From a virus (lineage: Duplodnaviria > Caudoviricetes): DNA of 64,000 nt. A program made the position numbers and the translations under genes. Numbering within the stretch: the first letter of the stretch is position 1; each line of letters begins with the position of its first letter. This document shows, piece by piece, positions 18,036 through 27,364 of the stretch. The stretch covers positions 6,906-70,905 of IMG/VR virus record IMGVR_UViG_3300032038_000064; one strand, 5' to 3'. Under the pieces are notes generated by a model. The model was not told the DNA's origin. It made no database searches and worked only from the letters and a program-made list of their open reading frames with translations.

Positions 18036-18976
18036 AATGGGTATATGAGTTTGACCAAGAAAAATTATTAGCACTGCAAACCGAAGAGTATAAAATAACT
18101 CCGGCAGATGTACTTATATTGCACTCTGTGGTAAATTCTGTGTGTTCTGTAAAAATGCAGACAATCTTTGAAAACGGAAAGATGTATGTGTGGATTGACC
18201 ATACACACCTTCTTGAATCTTTACCCATTCTCAATATCAGCGCAAAACGGCTGTATAGTATTCTGAAAAAATTCAGAGATATGGGACTCATCGAAACTAA
18301 AACAGTGTCAAACCATAAACTCAAAGGTTCTAAATCATTTATCGCATTATCGGATAGTCTCCTTGATTGTGTTTCGGAAAAAGTAAAAACTGCACATGAT
18401 AGTCGTGTAGACCAATGCTCAAAAACGAGTAGTGAAAGCAGAGCAATACTCAAAAATAAGCATTCAAGTAATACTCAATATAATAGTAATAATAAAGAAT
18501 TATCTAAAGATAATTCTAATATTAGCAAAAATCAGGCAAGTAATACTAATTCATTTTTACGAAGTGCTGGTAAGAAGAAATCTAAAAAATTTACCTATCA
18601 AGATTGTATAGCAAGTATTAATAGTTTTACTGATGATGTAAAATTGCGGCAAGCATTGATAGATTATCTTAATTATAGATTGTCTATTATGAAAGATAAG
18701 CCAATGAGAATGATTCAGTGGAAATCTATGCTTGTCACTCTTACTGATGCATACGAAAAGAGTTCAGATGGCGTTACTATGTCAGATATTGTACGTAGAG
18801 CATTAGAGAGAGGTTATACTACATTTTATCCTATTAATTATAGCGGGTATAACAATAGCGGAATCAAAAGCGAAAGCGGAGCAAGACACGTACCTAGAAT
18901 GACAGATGAGGATTATGCAGAAGAAGAACGCAGACTGGCAGAATTAGAAGCAAAGGGGGTGCAAGTTAGATTTTGA
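18029..18976 (+). CDS. phage replication initiator protein
   Basis: N-terminal wHTH (LPILNISAKRLYSILKKFRDMGLI), low-complexity linker, C-terminal domain (ALIDYLNYR...IVRRALERGYTTFYP); directly upstream of the helicase loader. Confidence 0.75.
   Translation: MLKWVYEFDQEKLLALQTEEYKITPADVLILHSVVNSVCSVKMQTIFENGKMYVWIDHTHLLESLPILNISAKRLYSILKKFRDMGLIETKTVSNHKLKGSKSFIALSDSLLDCVSEKVKTAHDSRVDQCSKTSSESRAILKNKHSSNTQYNSNNKELSKDNSNISKNQASNTNSFLRSAGKKKSKKFTYQDCIASINSFTDDVKLRQALIDYLNYRLSIMKDKPMRMIQWKSMLVTLTDAYEKSSDGVTMSDIVRRALERGYTTFYPINYSGYNNSGIKSESGARHVPRMTDEDYAEEERRLAELEAKGVQVRF
18465..18547. other. candidate replication origin inside the initiator gene
   Basis: Perfect inverted repeat AGAATTATCT-aa-AGATAATTCT (18496-18517) flanked by two CAAGTAATACT copies (18465-75, 18537-47) in very AT-rich DNA. 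Confidence 0.4.
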
Positions 18977-19626
18977 ACAGAAATCCGGATTGTTGGTACA
19001 AAGATGTGTGTACTTATGATTTTTGTACCAACTGTATACGATATTCAGAAATGAAATATCTGATGGACAATAGTGGCATACCGAAGAATCGACAGATTCC
19101 TAAGACGCTGACTGCCGATATTGATTTAGAGCCCTATTCTAAACTTGCTGACATTAAAGCCGATATTGTAAACTTTGTAAAAGACGGAGAAAATCTGTTT
19201 ATTTGCAGTAAGTATACTGGTAACGGAAAGACAAGTTGGGCATTAAAACTACTGCTTAAATATTTTGATGAGATTTGGGCGGGCAATGGATTCAGAGTAC
19301 GTGGGATGTTTGTCAATGTGCCGACACTGCTATTGCAATTAAAGAATTTCAGTCACCCGCTGTCCGAAGAATATAAGCATAATCTAATGGAAGCCGATTT
19401 GATTGTTTGGGATGAGATAGCATCGACCAGCATCAGCACGTATGATTACGGAAATCTTCTTATGTTCTTAGATTACAGATTTTCAGCTGGCAAGTCTAAT
19501 ATATTTACTTCAAATGCGACTACACAGGAAGATATTGAAAAAAGTGTGGGAGCAAAATTAACAAGTCGAATATGGAACTGTAGTGAGGTAGTAGAGTTTA
19601 GGGGCAAAGATAGGAGACATGGTTAG
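18973..19626 (+). CDS. DnaC/IstB-like helicase loader ATPase
   Basis: N-terminal Cys cluster, Walker A SKYTGNGKT, Walker B LIVWDEI, IFTSN, SRI motif. Confidence 0.85.
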   Translation: MNRNPDCWYKDVCTYDFCTNCIRYSEMKYLMDNSGIPKNRQIPKTLTADIDLEPYSKLADIKADIVNFVKDGENLFICSKYTGNGKTSWALKLLLKYFDEIWAGNGFRVRGMFVNVPTLLLQLKNFSHPLSEEYKHNLMEADLIVWDEIASTSISTYDYGNLLMFLDYRFSAGKSNIFTSNATTQEDIEKSVGAKLTSRIWNCSEVVEFRGKDRRHG

Positions 19627-20920
19627 TCTACAAATAATTTCTAAGATACTAGCAACTAAAGATTTATCCATAATAGAGAATAATCTGCTAACTGAGGATT
19701 ATTTTGTAGGATACGAACAGGAATATAATTTCTTGTTACAACATAAAAAAGAATATGGAAGTGTCCCGGATACTGCAACGTTCCTTTCTAAGTTTCCTGA
19801 CATAACTCTTGTCGAAGTCGGAGAATCTGACAGATATTTAGTCGATACGATAAGAGAGGAATATCTGTATTATAAGTCTGTTCCGGTTGTTCAGAAAGTT
19901 GCTGAGTTGCTAAAAACAGATGCGAATGCGGCGGCAGAGTACATGATTCATGCGCTTAAAGATTTGCAACCCAGTTATAGATTAGGCGGTACAGATATTA
20001 TTGCAGATGCGGATGAAAGGTATCAGCAGTTCATTGAGCGCAAGGAGCATCAAGACGATTATTTCTTTACTTGCGGGTTTGAAGAACTGGATGATTTGAT
20101 TCATGGCATTCAGCGAGAAGAGGAATTATTCGTAATTTTTGCAAGAACGAATCAAGGTAAATCTTGGGTGTTAGAGAAGATGTGTACTCATGTATGGCAG
20201 ATAGGATATAATGTTGGGTACATATCGCCCGAGATGGGAGCAAGCAGTATCGGATACAGATTTGATACACTGCATAAGAATTTTAGTAATAAAGGACTTA
20301 TGTGGGGAAAAGATGATGTAGAAGAATCCGATTATAAAGACTATATAGCGGACTTAAAGCAGAGTACGAACAGATTTATAGTTGCAACTCCGAATGATTT
20401 TGATAGGAAGATTACTGTAACAAAATTAAAGAACTGGATACAACAATATAAGTTAGACTTAATCGCAGTTGACGGTATTACTTATATGACAGATGAGCGA
20501 TATAAGAGAGGAGATAATAAGACAACAACTCTTACCAATATCAGTGAAGATTTAATGTCATTGTCAATGGAGATGAAAGTTCCGATTCTTATTGTTGTGC
20601 AAGCAAATAGAAATGGAGTATCACAAGATGATGCAGACGGTACTCCAGAACTTGACACAATTCGAGATAGTGATGGTATATCCCATAATGCGTCAAAAGT
20701 AATATCTATCAGACAGACTAAAGACCACATCTTGAAGATGGAAGTAAAGAAGCAACGATTCGGCTCTGTTGGCGGTAAGTTGAATTATACGTGGGACATT
20801 AATACAGGAACATTTACGTTCATTCCGTCAGAGGATGATGCTGAACCGGCTCATCGAACAGAGCGTAAGGTGCGAGAAGTAAAGAAGCAATTTAGCGGAG
20901 ATAAAGAAGATGTTTTCTAA
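19619..20920 (+). CDS. dnaB: DnaB-like replicative helicase
   Basis: Walker A FARTNQGKS, EM motif, IAVDGITYM, VVQANR, DSDGISHNASKVISI, KQRFG. Confidence 0.9.
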   Translation: MVSLQIISKILATKDLSIIENNLLTEDYFVGYEQEYNFLLQHKKEYGSVPDTATFLSKFPDITLVEVGESDRYLVDTIREEYLYYKSVPVVQKVAELLKTDANAAAEYMIHALKDLQPSYRLGGTDIIADADERYQQFIERKEHQDDYFFTCGFEELDDLIHGIQREEELFVIFARTNQGKSWVLEKMCTHVWQIGYNVGYISPEMGASSIGYRFDTLHKNFSNKGLMWGKDDVEESDYKDYIADLKQSTNRFIVATPNDFDRKITVTKLKNWIQQYKLDLIAVDGITYMTDERYKRGDNKTTTLTNISEDLMSLSMEMKVPILIVVQANRNGVSQDDADGTPELDTIRDSDGISHNASKVISIRQTKDHILKMEVKKQRFGSVGGKLNYTWDINTGTFTFIPSEDDAEPAHRTERKVREVKKQFSGDKEDVF

Positions 20921-21146
20921 AGCATACTATAGACGCATAAAAACAAATGACGGATTTACTGATTTTAAGCATCATTCTAGTAGTTGCCATAATAGTAAAA
21001 AATTGCGTCAAAGAAACAGGAGAACAAAATTGAAATTGACATCGGACCAATTAGAAGAGTTGTATATTGAAATGTTAGAAGCCGAGGAAATAAATCGAGA
21101 AGCAAAATTATATTGCGAACATGAGGACGCAGGAGACCGATGCTAA
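20910..21146 (+). CDS. hypothetical protein
   Basis: 78 aa ORF overlapping both neighbours. Confidence 0.4.
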   Translation: MFSKAYYRRIKTNDGFTDFKHHSSSCHNSKKLRQRNRRTKLKLTSDQLEELYIEMLEAEEINREAKLYCEHEDAGDRC

Positions 21147-21364
21147 ACAATGAATTATTAAAGCAGTGTTCAAAAGTTAAGAAAATGTCCGTTTTGCAAA
21201 TATTTACTTGGGCACAAGAAATATATAAACAAGGATTTATAGACGGATTAAGAGAGGGTGAATCTGAGTTTGACGATGCAGTTATATTGACTGAGGAAGA
21301 AGCGAAGAAGCATTTTGATTCTGAGCGAGTAGATAAATTATTAGGAGAGGCAGATGATAATTAA
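21140..21364 (+). CDS. hypothetical protein
   Basis: 74 aa, AGGAG RBS. Confidence 0.5.
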   Translation: MLNNELLKQCSKVKKMSVLQIFTWAQEIYKQGFIDGLREGESEFDDAVILTEEEAKKHFDSERVDKLLGEADDN

Positions 21365-22367
21365 TGACGTTCAGTTTAACTGCGAATTAGAGGATATACT
21401 TACAGAGTTAATATCGCAACTTCGGGCAAATAACATCAATCTGATTCAGAAGCATAAGGACGGACCGACACATATTCAGTTGTGTTGTCCATACCATGCG
21501 AACGGTATGGAGCGCAGACCGTCAGCAGGACTTAGAAAATCAGACGGCATATTTCATTGTTTTGCCTGTAATGAAACACATTCATTATCCGAAGTTATTT
21601 CACACTGTTTTGGGCATGACGATGATGTTGTAGGTAAGTTCGGATGGCAATGGCTGTTGAGAAACTTTGCAACAGTGCAGATAGAGGAGAGAAAAGATGT
21701 TGAAATTGATTTGTCTAGGAATAATAGTAATAACAGGAATAATAGGCATACTTGTAATTATATATCAGAACAGGAATTAGATAAGTATAGATATTTTCAT
21801 CCGTATATGTATAAAAGAGGATTAACCGATGAAATTATTGAATTGTTTGATATTGGTTATGACGTTTCCACTAAGAGCATTACTTTCCCTGTTAAAGATA
21901 TTAATGGTAATTGTCTTTTTATTGCTCGTAGGTCCGTTGTAAGTAAGTTCTTTAATTATCCGGAGGGCGTTGAGAAACCGCTTTATGGATTGTATGAATA
22001 CTATTCTATGTTTACTGATAGTAAGCAACCATATTTCGATTTATGGGCAAGAGTAAATCCACAGGCAAATGAAATTATAGTTTGTGAATCTATGTTAGAT
22101 GCGTTATCATTTTGGACAGTTGGTAAATATGCAGTAGCACTAAACGGTGTAGAAAGTGAATTGCAGATTAAGCAGTTAAAAGAATTGCCGTGTAGAAAGA
22201 TTATACTTGCTACGGATTCTGATGAAAAAGGAATGTTAGCAAGACAGCGAATTAGAAAAAAGATAGGAAACAGAAAACTCATAACAGAATATATTTTCCC
22301 AAAAGGAAGAAAAGATGCAAACGAATGCACAAGAGAAGAATTATTATCATTAGAAGAAATATTCTAA
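21354..22367 (+). CDS. dnaG: DNA primase (CHC2 zinc finger + TOPRIM)
   Basis: CPYH...HCFAC zinc finger; TOPRIM ICESMLDA...ATDSDEKG...KDANE. Confidence 0.9.
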   Translation: MIINDVQFNCELEDILTELISQLRANNINLIQKHKDGPTHIQLCCPYHANGMERRPSAGLRKSDGIFHCFACNETHSLSEVISHCFGHDDDVVGKFGWQWLLRNFATVQIEERKDVEIDLSRNNSNNRNNRHTCNYISEQELDKYRYFHPYMYKRGLTDEIIELFDIGYDVSTKSITFPVKDINGNCLFIARRSVVSKFFNYPEGVEKPLYGLYEYYSMFTDSKQPYFDLWARVNPQANEIIVCESMLDALSFWTVGKYAVALNGVESELQIKQLKELPCRKIILATDSDEKGMLARQRIRKKIGNRKLITEYIFPKGRKDANECTREELLSLEEIF

Positions 22368-22372
22368 AGTGC

Positions 22373-22401
22373 TTGCATTCTATATTAATATGTAGTACAA
22401 T
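22373..22401 (+). promoter_or_regulatory. sigma-A type promoter
   Basis: TTGCAT-N17-TACAAT. Confidence 0.65.
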
Positions 22402-22458
22402 TATTACGTAGTAAGTAACTCACAACACTCATACACACTATAGAAAGGAAAAAAGAAT

Positions 22459-22733
22459 ATGGGTAAAAGTCGAGTAGTCAGAGAGCCTATTAATGGAGAA
22501 GTATTGAGATCGGAGTTTAAGGCTCGTGGAGTAACATTGTTTGATGCGAGTGCAAAAATCGGATATGATGAATCATATCTTAGTAAAGCAACACGACAGG
22601 GATTGATGCCGAGGTCAACGATGTTGTTGAAGTTGTTCAGCACACAGGACTCACGGAAGAAGATTTTCAGAAGTTGTACAAAGTAGTTTATACGGCAGTG
22701 TATGAAGCGACAAAACGTGCGCTGTCGGAGTAA
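22459..22733 (+). pseudogene. HTH protein gene with apparent frameshift or internal deletion
   Basis: HTH-like N-terminus (ASAKIGYDESYLSKA); an amphipathic C-terminus LYKVVYTAVYEATKRALSE continues in the -1 frame to TAA at 22733. Confidence 0.35.
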
Positions 22734-22762
22734 TAACAAACTAAAAGAAAGGAAAAAGAAAC

Positions 22763-23449
22763 ATGGCAAGATTCCGGTACGATGAAGCAGACAACTATGG
22801 TGGAAATGGGGGAGCGGGGTTTTTCTCGCTTAGAAACGACAAGGATGTAGCAAGAGTAAGGTTTATGTACAACTCTATTGATGATGTAGAGGGATATGCG
22901 GTACATGAAGTAGAGATTGATGGCAAGAAGAGATATATCAACTGCCTCAGAGAGTATAACGAGCCTCTTAGCAAGTGCCCGTTCTGCGAGGCGAAGAAGC
23001 ACCAAGCAGTGAAACTTTTCATTCCTCTTTACAATGTCGATGAGGACAGAACGCAGATTTGGGAGAGAGGTAAGAAGTTCTTTGCGAAGATTTCTTCTAT
23101 CTGCGCAAGATACGCTAGTAAGGATAATCTGTGTTCTCATGTCTTTGAGATTGAGAGAAACGGAAAGCCGAAGGAGACCACTACTACGTATGAGATTTAT
23201 GAGGTAGATAGAGATGAGACTACTCTTGATGATTTGGGAGAAGTTCAGGACCCTATCGGAACTGTTATTCTTGAGAAGTCAGCAGATGATATGAGTTTCT
23301 ACCTAGAGAACGGTTACTTTCCGCCTGATGGCGAGGATGTGCCTGTTCGCAGAAGAGGTCGTGCTGAGGAAGATGAAGTTCCTTTCAGAGAAGAGAGAAG
23401 TGCAAGACGTACTCCCGCATCTTCTGAGCGTAGAAGAGACCGATTCTAA
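22763..23449 (+). CDS. single-stranded DNA-binding protein (gp32-like)
   Basis: GGAGFFSLRNDK N-terminus, zinc motif C...CPFC, acidic/Arg-rich C-terminal tail; between primase and polymerase. Confidence 0.7.
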   Translation: MARFRYDEADNYGGNGGAGFFSLRNDKDVARVRFMYNSIDDVEGYAVHEVEIDGKKRYINCLREYNEPLSKCPFCEAKKHQAVKLFIPLYNVDEDRTQIWERGKKFFAKISSICARYASKDNLCSHVFEIERNGKPKETTTTYEIYEVDRDETTLDDLGEVQDPIGTVILEKSADDMSFYLENGYFPPDGEDVPVRRRGRAEEDEVPFREERSARRTPASSERRRDRF

Positions 23450-23616
23450 ATAAAATATTTCACGGTAACGAGCATATGCGCATATGCTAATCGTTTGAAG
23501 TATTAAGGTCACCGGATGATGTGCGTAAGTGATTGTAGCGTACGGACAATAGCCTTATACGTGTAGTGGTGGGAGAGGACTCTAACGTGATGCACATTTT
23601 ATAAGAGGACAACAAG

Positions 23617-25911
23617 ATGGCATTATTTAATGTTCCGAAAAGAGCAGGAAAATCTCAAGATAAAGCAGTAGCAGGAAAGTCAAAAACAAGAACAAAAGCG
23701 CCGACAACAATGAAGAGTGGGTTGCTCGGACAAATTTCTCAAATTATTGCTACAGTAGAAAAGTATCTTGGGAAATATAAAAATGATTATGAAATCATTA
23801 CAACTAAGGAACGGCTAAAAGAATACATAGATATATGTATAGCCAATGATATTATCAGTATAGATACTGAAACAACAGGTCTTGACCCAATTCTTGATAA
23901 GATTGTAGGACTTTGCTTGTATACTCCTAATGAGAAGCCAGCATATGTTCCTATTAATCACACATCTTATGTAACTGGAGTAAGAGTAGACAATCAATTA
24001 ACAGAACAAGAGGTAGCAAGTGTATTGCAAGATATAGCAACTATGGATACATATGTTGTTATGTTTAATGCAAAATTTGATATTCGGGTAATCAGAAATC
24101 AGTTAGGTGTATATCTTGATTGCGATTGGGATTGTTATTTAGCAGGCAGACTTCTTAATGAAAATGAAGAATCTAAAGGATTGAAAGCACTTCATCAGAA
24201 ATATGTTCTTGACGGAAAAGAAGATGAATTTAGATTCGATGCATTATTTAAAGGAATAACTGCGGATAAAATTCCGATTAACACATTCTATCTGTATGCG
24301 GCACATGATGCGATTATCACGTATGAGTTATACGAATATCAAAAGCAGTTCTTGTATTATGAAGAAGATAAGTCCAATGATGCCCGTAACGGACTGAATG
24401 GTGTTTCGTGGGTATTCTTTAATATTGAGATGCCGTGTGTGAAAATAGTTTGCGATATGGAAGATAACGGAGTAAAGTTCGATTTTGCATATCAACAGAA
24501 GTTATCGGAAAAGTATAATGCACTACTTGAGGAAAAGACAGAACAGTTTTATAAACTGTGCGATATGTATTCAGAGGAGATTCTTAATTATCGTAAGAAG
24601 AACGTAAACTGTAAACTCGATGACCCGATAAATATCGGTAGTCCTACGCAGATTGCGATTCTTCTTTATGATATTTTACAGATTGAGCCTCCTGACCCTA
24701 AAAGTCCTAGAGGAACTGGTGAAGGTATTCTGCAAAAGATTGATAATCCTATTGCAAAAGCAATTCTCGAATTTAGGGAAATGTCAAAACTTGTATCTAC
24801 GTATATTGATAAACTACCGAACTGTGTAAACCCAAAAGACGGAAGAATACACTGTAGTTTCAATCAGTACGGCGCAGATACAGGAAGATTTAGTTCGTCA
24901 GACCCGAATTTGCAGAACATTCCTTCACATAATAAAGATATTCGTAAGATGTTTGTAGCGTCTGAGGGATATGTGCTTATGTCAAGTGACTACTCACAGC
25001 AAGAACCAAAGGTTATGACGCAGATGTGCGGTGACCCAAAGATGATTAAAGCGTATCAAGAAGGAAAAGATTTATATGCAGAAATTGCGGCACTGTCCTT
25101 TAACACTACTTATGAGAACTGCCTTGAATTTAGACCAGATGGAACAACTAATCCAGAGGGCAAAAACAGAAGAAGTCAGGCAAAAAGCATTTTGCTCGGA
25201 GTGCTTTATGGCAGAGGAGTGCCTTCAATCGCTGAACAATTGGGAACTTCTACTAAGAAAGCACAAACAATAAAAGATTCTGTATTCAAAGGATTTCCAG
25301 CAATACCTAAATTTGAACAAGATTCATTAGATATGGCGTATGAAAAAGGATATGTTACAACTTTGTGGGGCAGAAAAAGAAGATTGCCTGATTTACAACT
25401 TCCGGAGTATGAGTTCAAATGGGTTGATGGTGCGCCAAAGGATGATGATTTACTCGACTTTGATTTAGAAGAAGAGATGAATGAACCCGAGATTCCTGAG
25501 GAAGTGCAGAAGAAATATATACGCAGATTAAAGCAAGCCTATTTTGGAAAGAAACGTAAGATATTTGAAGAAGCAAATAAAGAAGGAATATGGATTGTCG
25601 ATAACGGCGGTAAGATAGCAGATGCACAAAGACAGTGTGTAAATGCTAGAATCCAAGGAAGTGCCGCAGATATGTCAAAACTTGCGATGATTTTAGTCGG
25701 AAATGATGAACGATTAAAAGAATTAGGATTCAGACTTCTTATACCCGTACATGATGAATTAATAGCAGAGTGTCCTGAGGAAAATGTAAAAGAGTGTTCT
25801 GAGAGATTTGCAATGCTTATGGGTAAAGCGGCAGAGAGCGGATTAAGTATTCCTATTCGGTGCGATGTTGAGATAACTAGAGAGTGGTACGGAGATAGTA
25901 TTGAGATATGA
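23617..25911 (+). CDS. polA: DNA polymerase family A with 3'-5' exonuclease domain
   Basis: Exo I DTETTG, FNAKFD, YAAHDA; GRFSSSDPNLQNIP; motif A DYSQQE; motif B RSQAKSILLGVLYG; motif C VHDE. Confidence 0.95.
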   Translation: MALFNVPKRAGKSQDKAVAGKSKTRTKAPTTMKSGLLGQISQIIATVEKYLGKYKNDYEIITTKERLKEYIDICIANDIISIDTETTGLDPILDKIVGLCLYTPNEKPAYVPINHTSYVTGVRVDNQLTEQEVASVLQDIATMDTYVVMFNAKFDIRVIRNQLGVYLDCDWDCYLAGRLLNENEESKGLKALHQKYVLDGKEDEFRFDALFKGITADKIPINTFYLYAAHDAIITYELYEYQKQFLYYEEDKSNDARNGLNGVSWVFFNIEMPCVKIVCDMEDNGVKFDFAYQQKLSEKYNALLEEKTEQFYKLCDMYSEEILNYRKKNVNCKLDDPINIGSPTQIAILLYDILQIEPPDPKSPRGTGEGILQKIDNPIAKAILEFREMSKLVSTYIDKLPNCVNPKDGRIHCSFNQYGADTGRFSSSDPNLQNIPSHNKDIRKMFVASEGYVLMSSDYSQQEPKVMTQMCGDPKMIKAYQEGKDLYAEIAALSFNTTYENCLEFRPDGTTNPEGKNRRSQAKSILLGVLYGRGVPSIAEQLGTSTKKAQTIKDSVFKGFPAIPKFEQDSLDMAYEKGYVTTLWGRKRRLPDLQLPEYEFKWVDGAPKDDDLLDFDLEEEMNEPEIPEEVQKKYIRRLKQAYFGKKRKIFEEANKEGIWIVDNGGKIADAQRQCVNARIQGSAADMSKLAMILVGNDERLKELGFRLLIPVHDELIAECPEENVKECSERFAMLMGKAAESGLSIPIRCDVEITREWYGDSIEI

Positions 25912-26360
25912 GAATTTGGGTCGGTATTGATGTTGAGCATACACCGTTATATGGAAAACAAATACTGTTTGTAGAATCAGTAAATCCTGACATAGATAAG
26001 GTTATAGAAATTTTATCTAATCATCAGGTTAATATATTTGGGATTTATTTCGGAGCCGGAGAAGTAGATATTGAAAATTGGGAATTTTTAAGTTCTTTAT
26101 ATAAAATTTCTGATTATACCATAGCAGTAGAGACTTCTAAGTGTTTGAATGAAGAAATGATAACTAATGCCGATTTAGATTTAATTATTTATCGAGTTCC
26201 TATTGAAGCGGTGTCTGATAAGGTATATATTAAATATCGAGCACCGAAAGAAGTTGGAGTTTCTTCATTGCACGGTTTTAAAACTACATCGTTGTACACG
26301 TTAAACGACGGAAAATACGCAGGTGATATAGAACTTTATAATGATGAGGAGAGTGTATGA
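25908..26360 (+). CDS. conserved hypothetical protein of the modification cluster
   Basis: ATGA overlap with polA; GIDVEHTPLYGKQILFV and IYFGAG motifs; coupled to the glycosyltransferase. Confidence 0.6.
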   Translation: MRIWVGIDVEHTPLYGKQILFVESVNPDIDKVIEILSNHQVNIFGIYFGAGEVDIENWEFLSSLYKISDYTIAVETSKCLNEEMITNADLDLIIYRVPIEAVSDKVYIKYRAPKEVGVSSLHGFKTTSLYTLNDGKYAGDIELYNDEESV

Positions 26361-27364
26361 CTATTTTTTATCTTCCTATAGAACCGTATGAAACACGCTA
26401 TACCGCAGATTGGGTAAGGCAGTTTGAGAAAGAATTTGAAAAACACGGCGTTAATTATAAAACGATAATGGGTTCTACAAATTCAACAAAAGTTACGGCA
26501 GGCGGCGTACTCGATGCGTGCGGAACACATTCTTTTAAGTTTACGCAATTGTGTACGCTTATTGATTATATTAATACTGGAAAAGTTAATAACGGCGACA
26601 TTGTATTTTTTGCAGATTTATGGTTTCCCGGGATTGAGAGTTTGTTTTATATTCGGAATATGTTGAATATTGATTTTAAAATTTGTGGGATTTTTCACGC
26701 CGGAACGTATGACAAATATGATTTTACATATAGAAATGGGATGAGGCCGTGGGGAAAGTTTCTTGAAGCAAGTTGGTTTAGCGGCGTTGATATGATTTTT
26801 GTAGCCACAGAGTTTCATAAAAAACTGCTTCTTAGTAATTCCGCATATGTATTGGGCTTAGCGGATAAGATTAAAGTTACGGGATTGCCGTTTTATGCAA
26901 ATGAATTACGACAGAAATATCCGTGTGAAAAGTCCGATGACAATATTTTAGTATTTCCCCATAGATGTGATGCAGAAAAATGCCCCGAATTGTTTGATGC
27001 GTTAGTTACGTGGCTTACAGGGCGTGATGTTAAGTTTGTTGCATGTAAGACAATTCTTGAAACGAATAGTAGGGACGAATATTTTAAATTATTAGCACAG
27101 TCAAAGGTAATGGTATCATTTGCACAGCAAGAGACCTTCGGTTATTCAACACTTGAGAGTATGGCTTTAGGTAATATAGTTGTTGTTCCTAATAAGTTAA
27201 GTTATGTTGAGACAGTTCCTAATGCGTTTCGTTATAATTCAATGGAGGAATGTTTTGATGCGGTATATAATGCGCTTACTGATTATGTTCCGCCGAGTTA
27301 TGTAAATATAGAAAAGTGGGAAAATTCCATACATAATATGCTTATTGAAATGGAGAAGATATGA
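26357..27364 (+). CDS. GT-B (GT4-like) glycosyltransferase, QTMAN/GTDC1-like
   Basis: VFPHRCDAEKCPE and ETFGYSTLESMALG (E-x7-E donor-binding motif), followed by VPNKLSYVETVP; N-terminal IEPYETRYTADW and FHAGTYD. Confidence 0.8.
   Translation: MTIFYLPIEPYETRYTADWVRQFEKEFEKHGVNYKTIMGSTNSTKVTAGGVLDACGTHSFKFTQLCTLIDYINTGKVNNGDIVFFADLWFPGIESLFYIRNMLNIDFKICGIFHAGTYDKYDFTYRNGMRPWGKFLEASWFSGVDMIFVATEFHKKLLLSNSAYVLGLADKIKVTGLPFYANELRQKYPCEKSDDNILVFPHRCDAEKCPELFDALVTWLTGRDVKFVACKTILETNSRDEYFKLLAQSKVMVSFAQQETFGYSTLESMALGNIVVVPNKLSYVETVPNAFRYNSMEECFDAVYNALTDYVPPSYVNIEKWENSIHNMLIEMEKI

Noticed and set aside
23461-23616. preQ1 riboswitch upstream of the modification operon
   Set aside because: I could not find the preQ1-I stem-loop plus A-rich tail consensus; kept only as a generic structured spacer.
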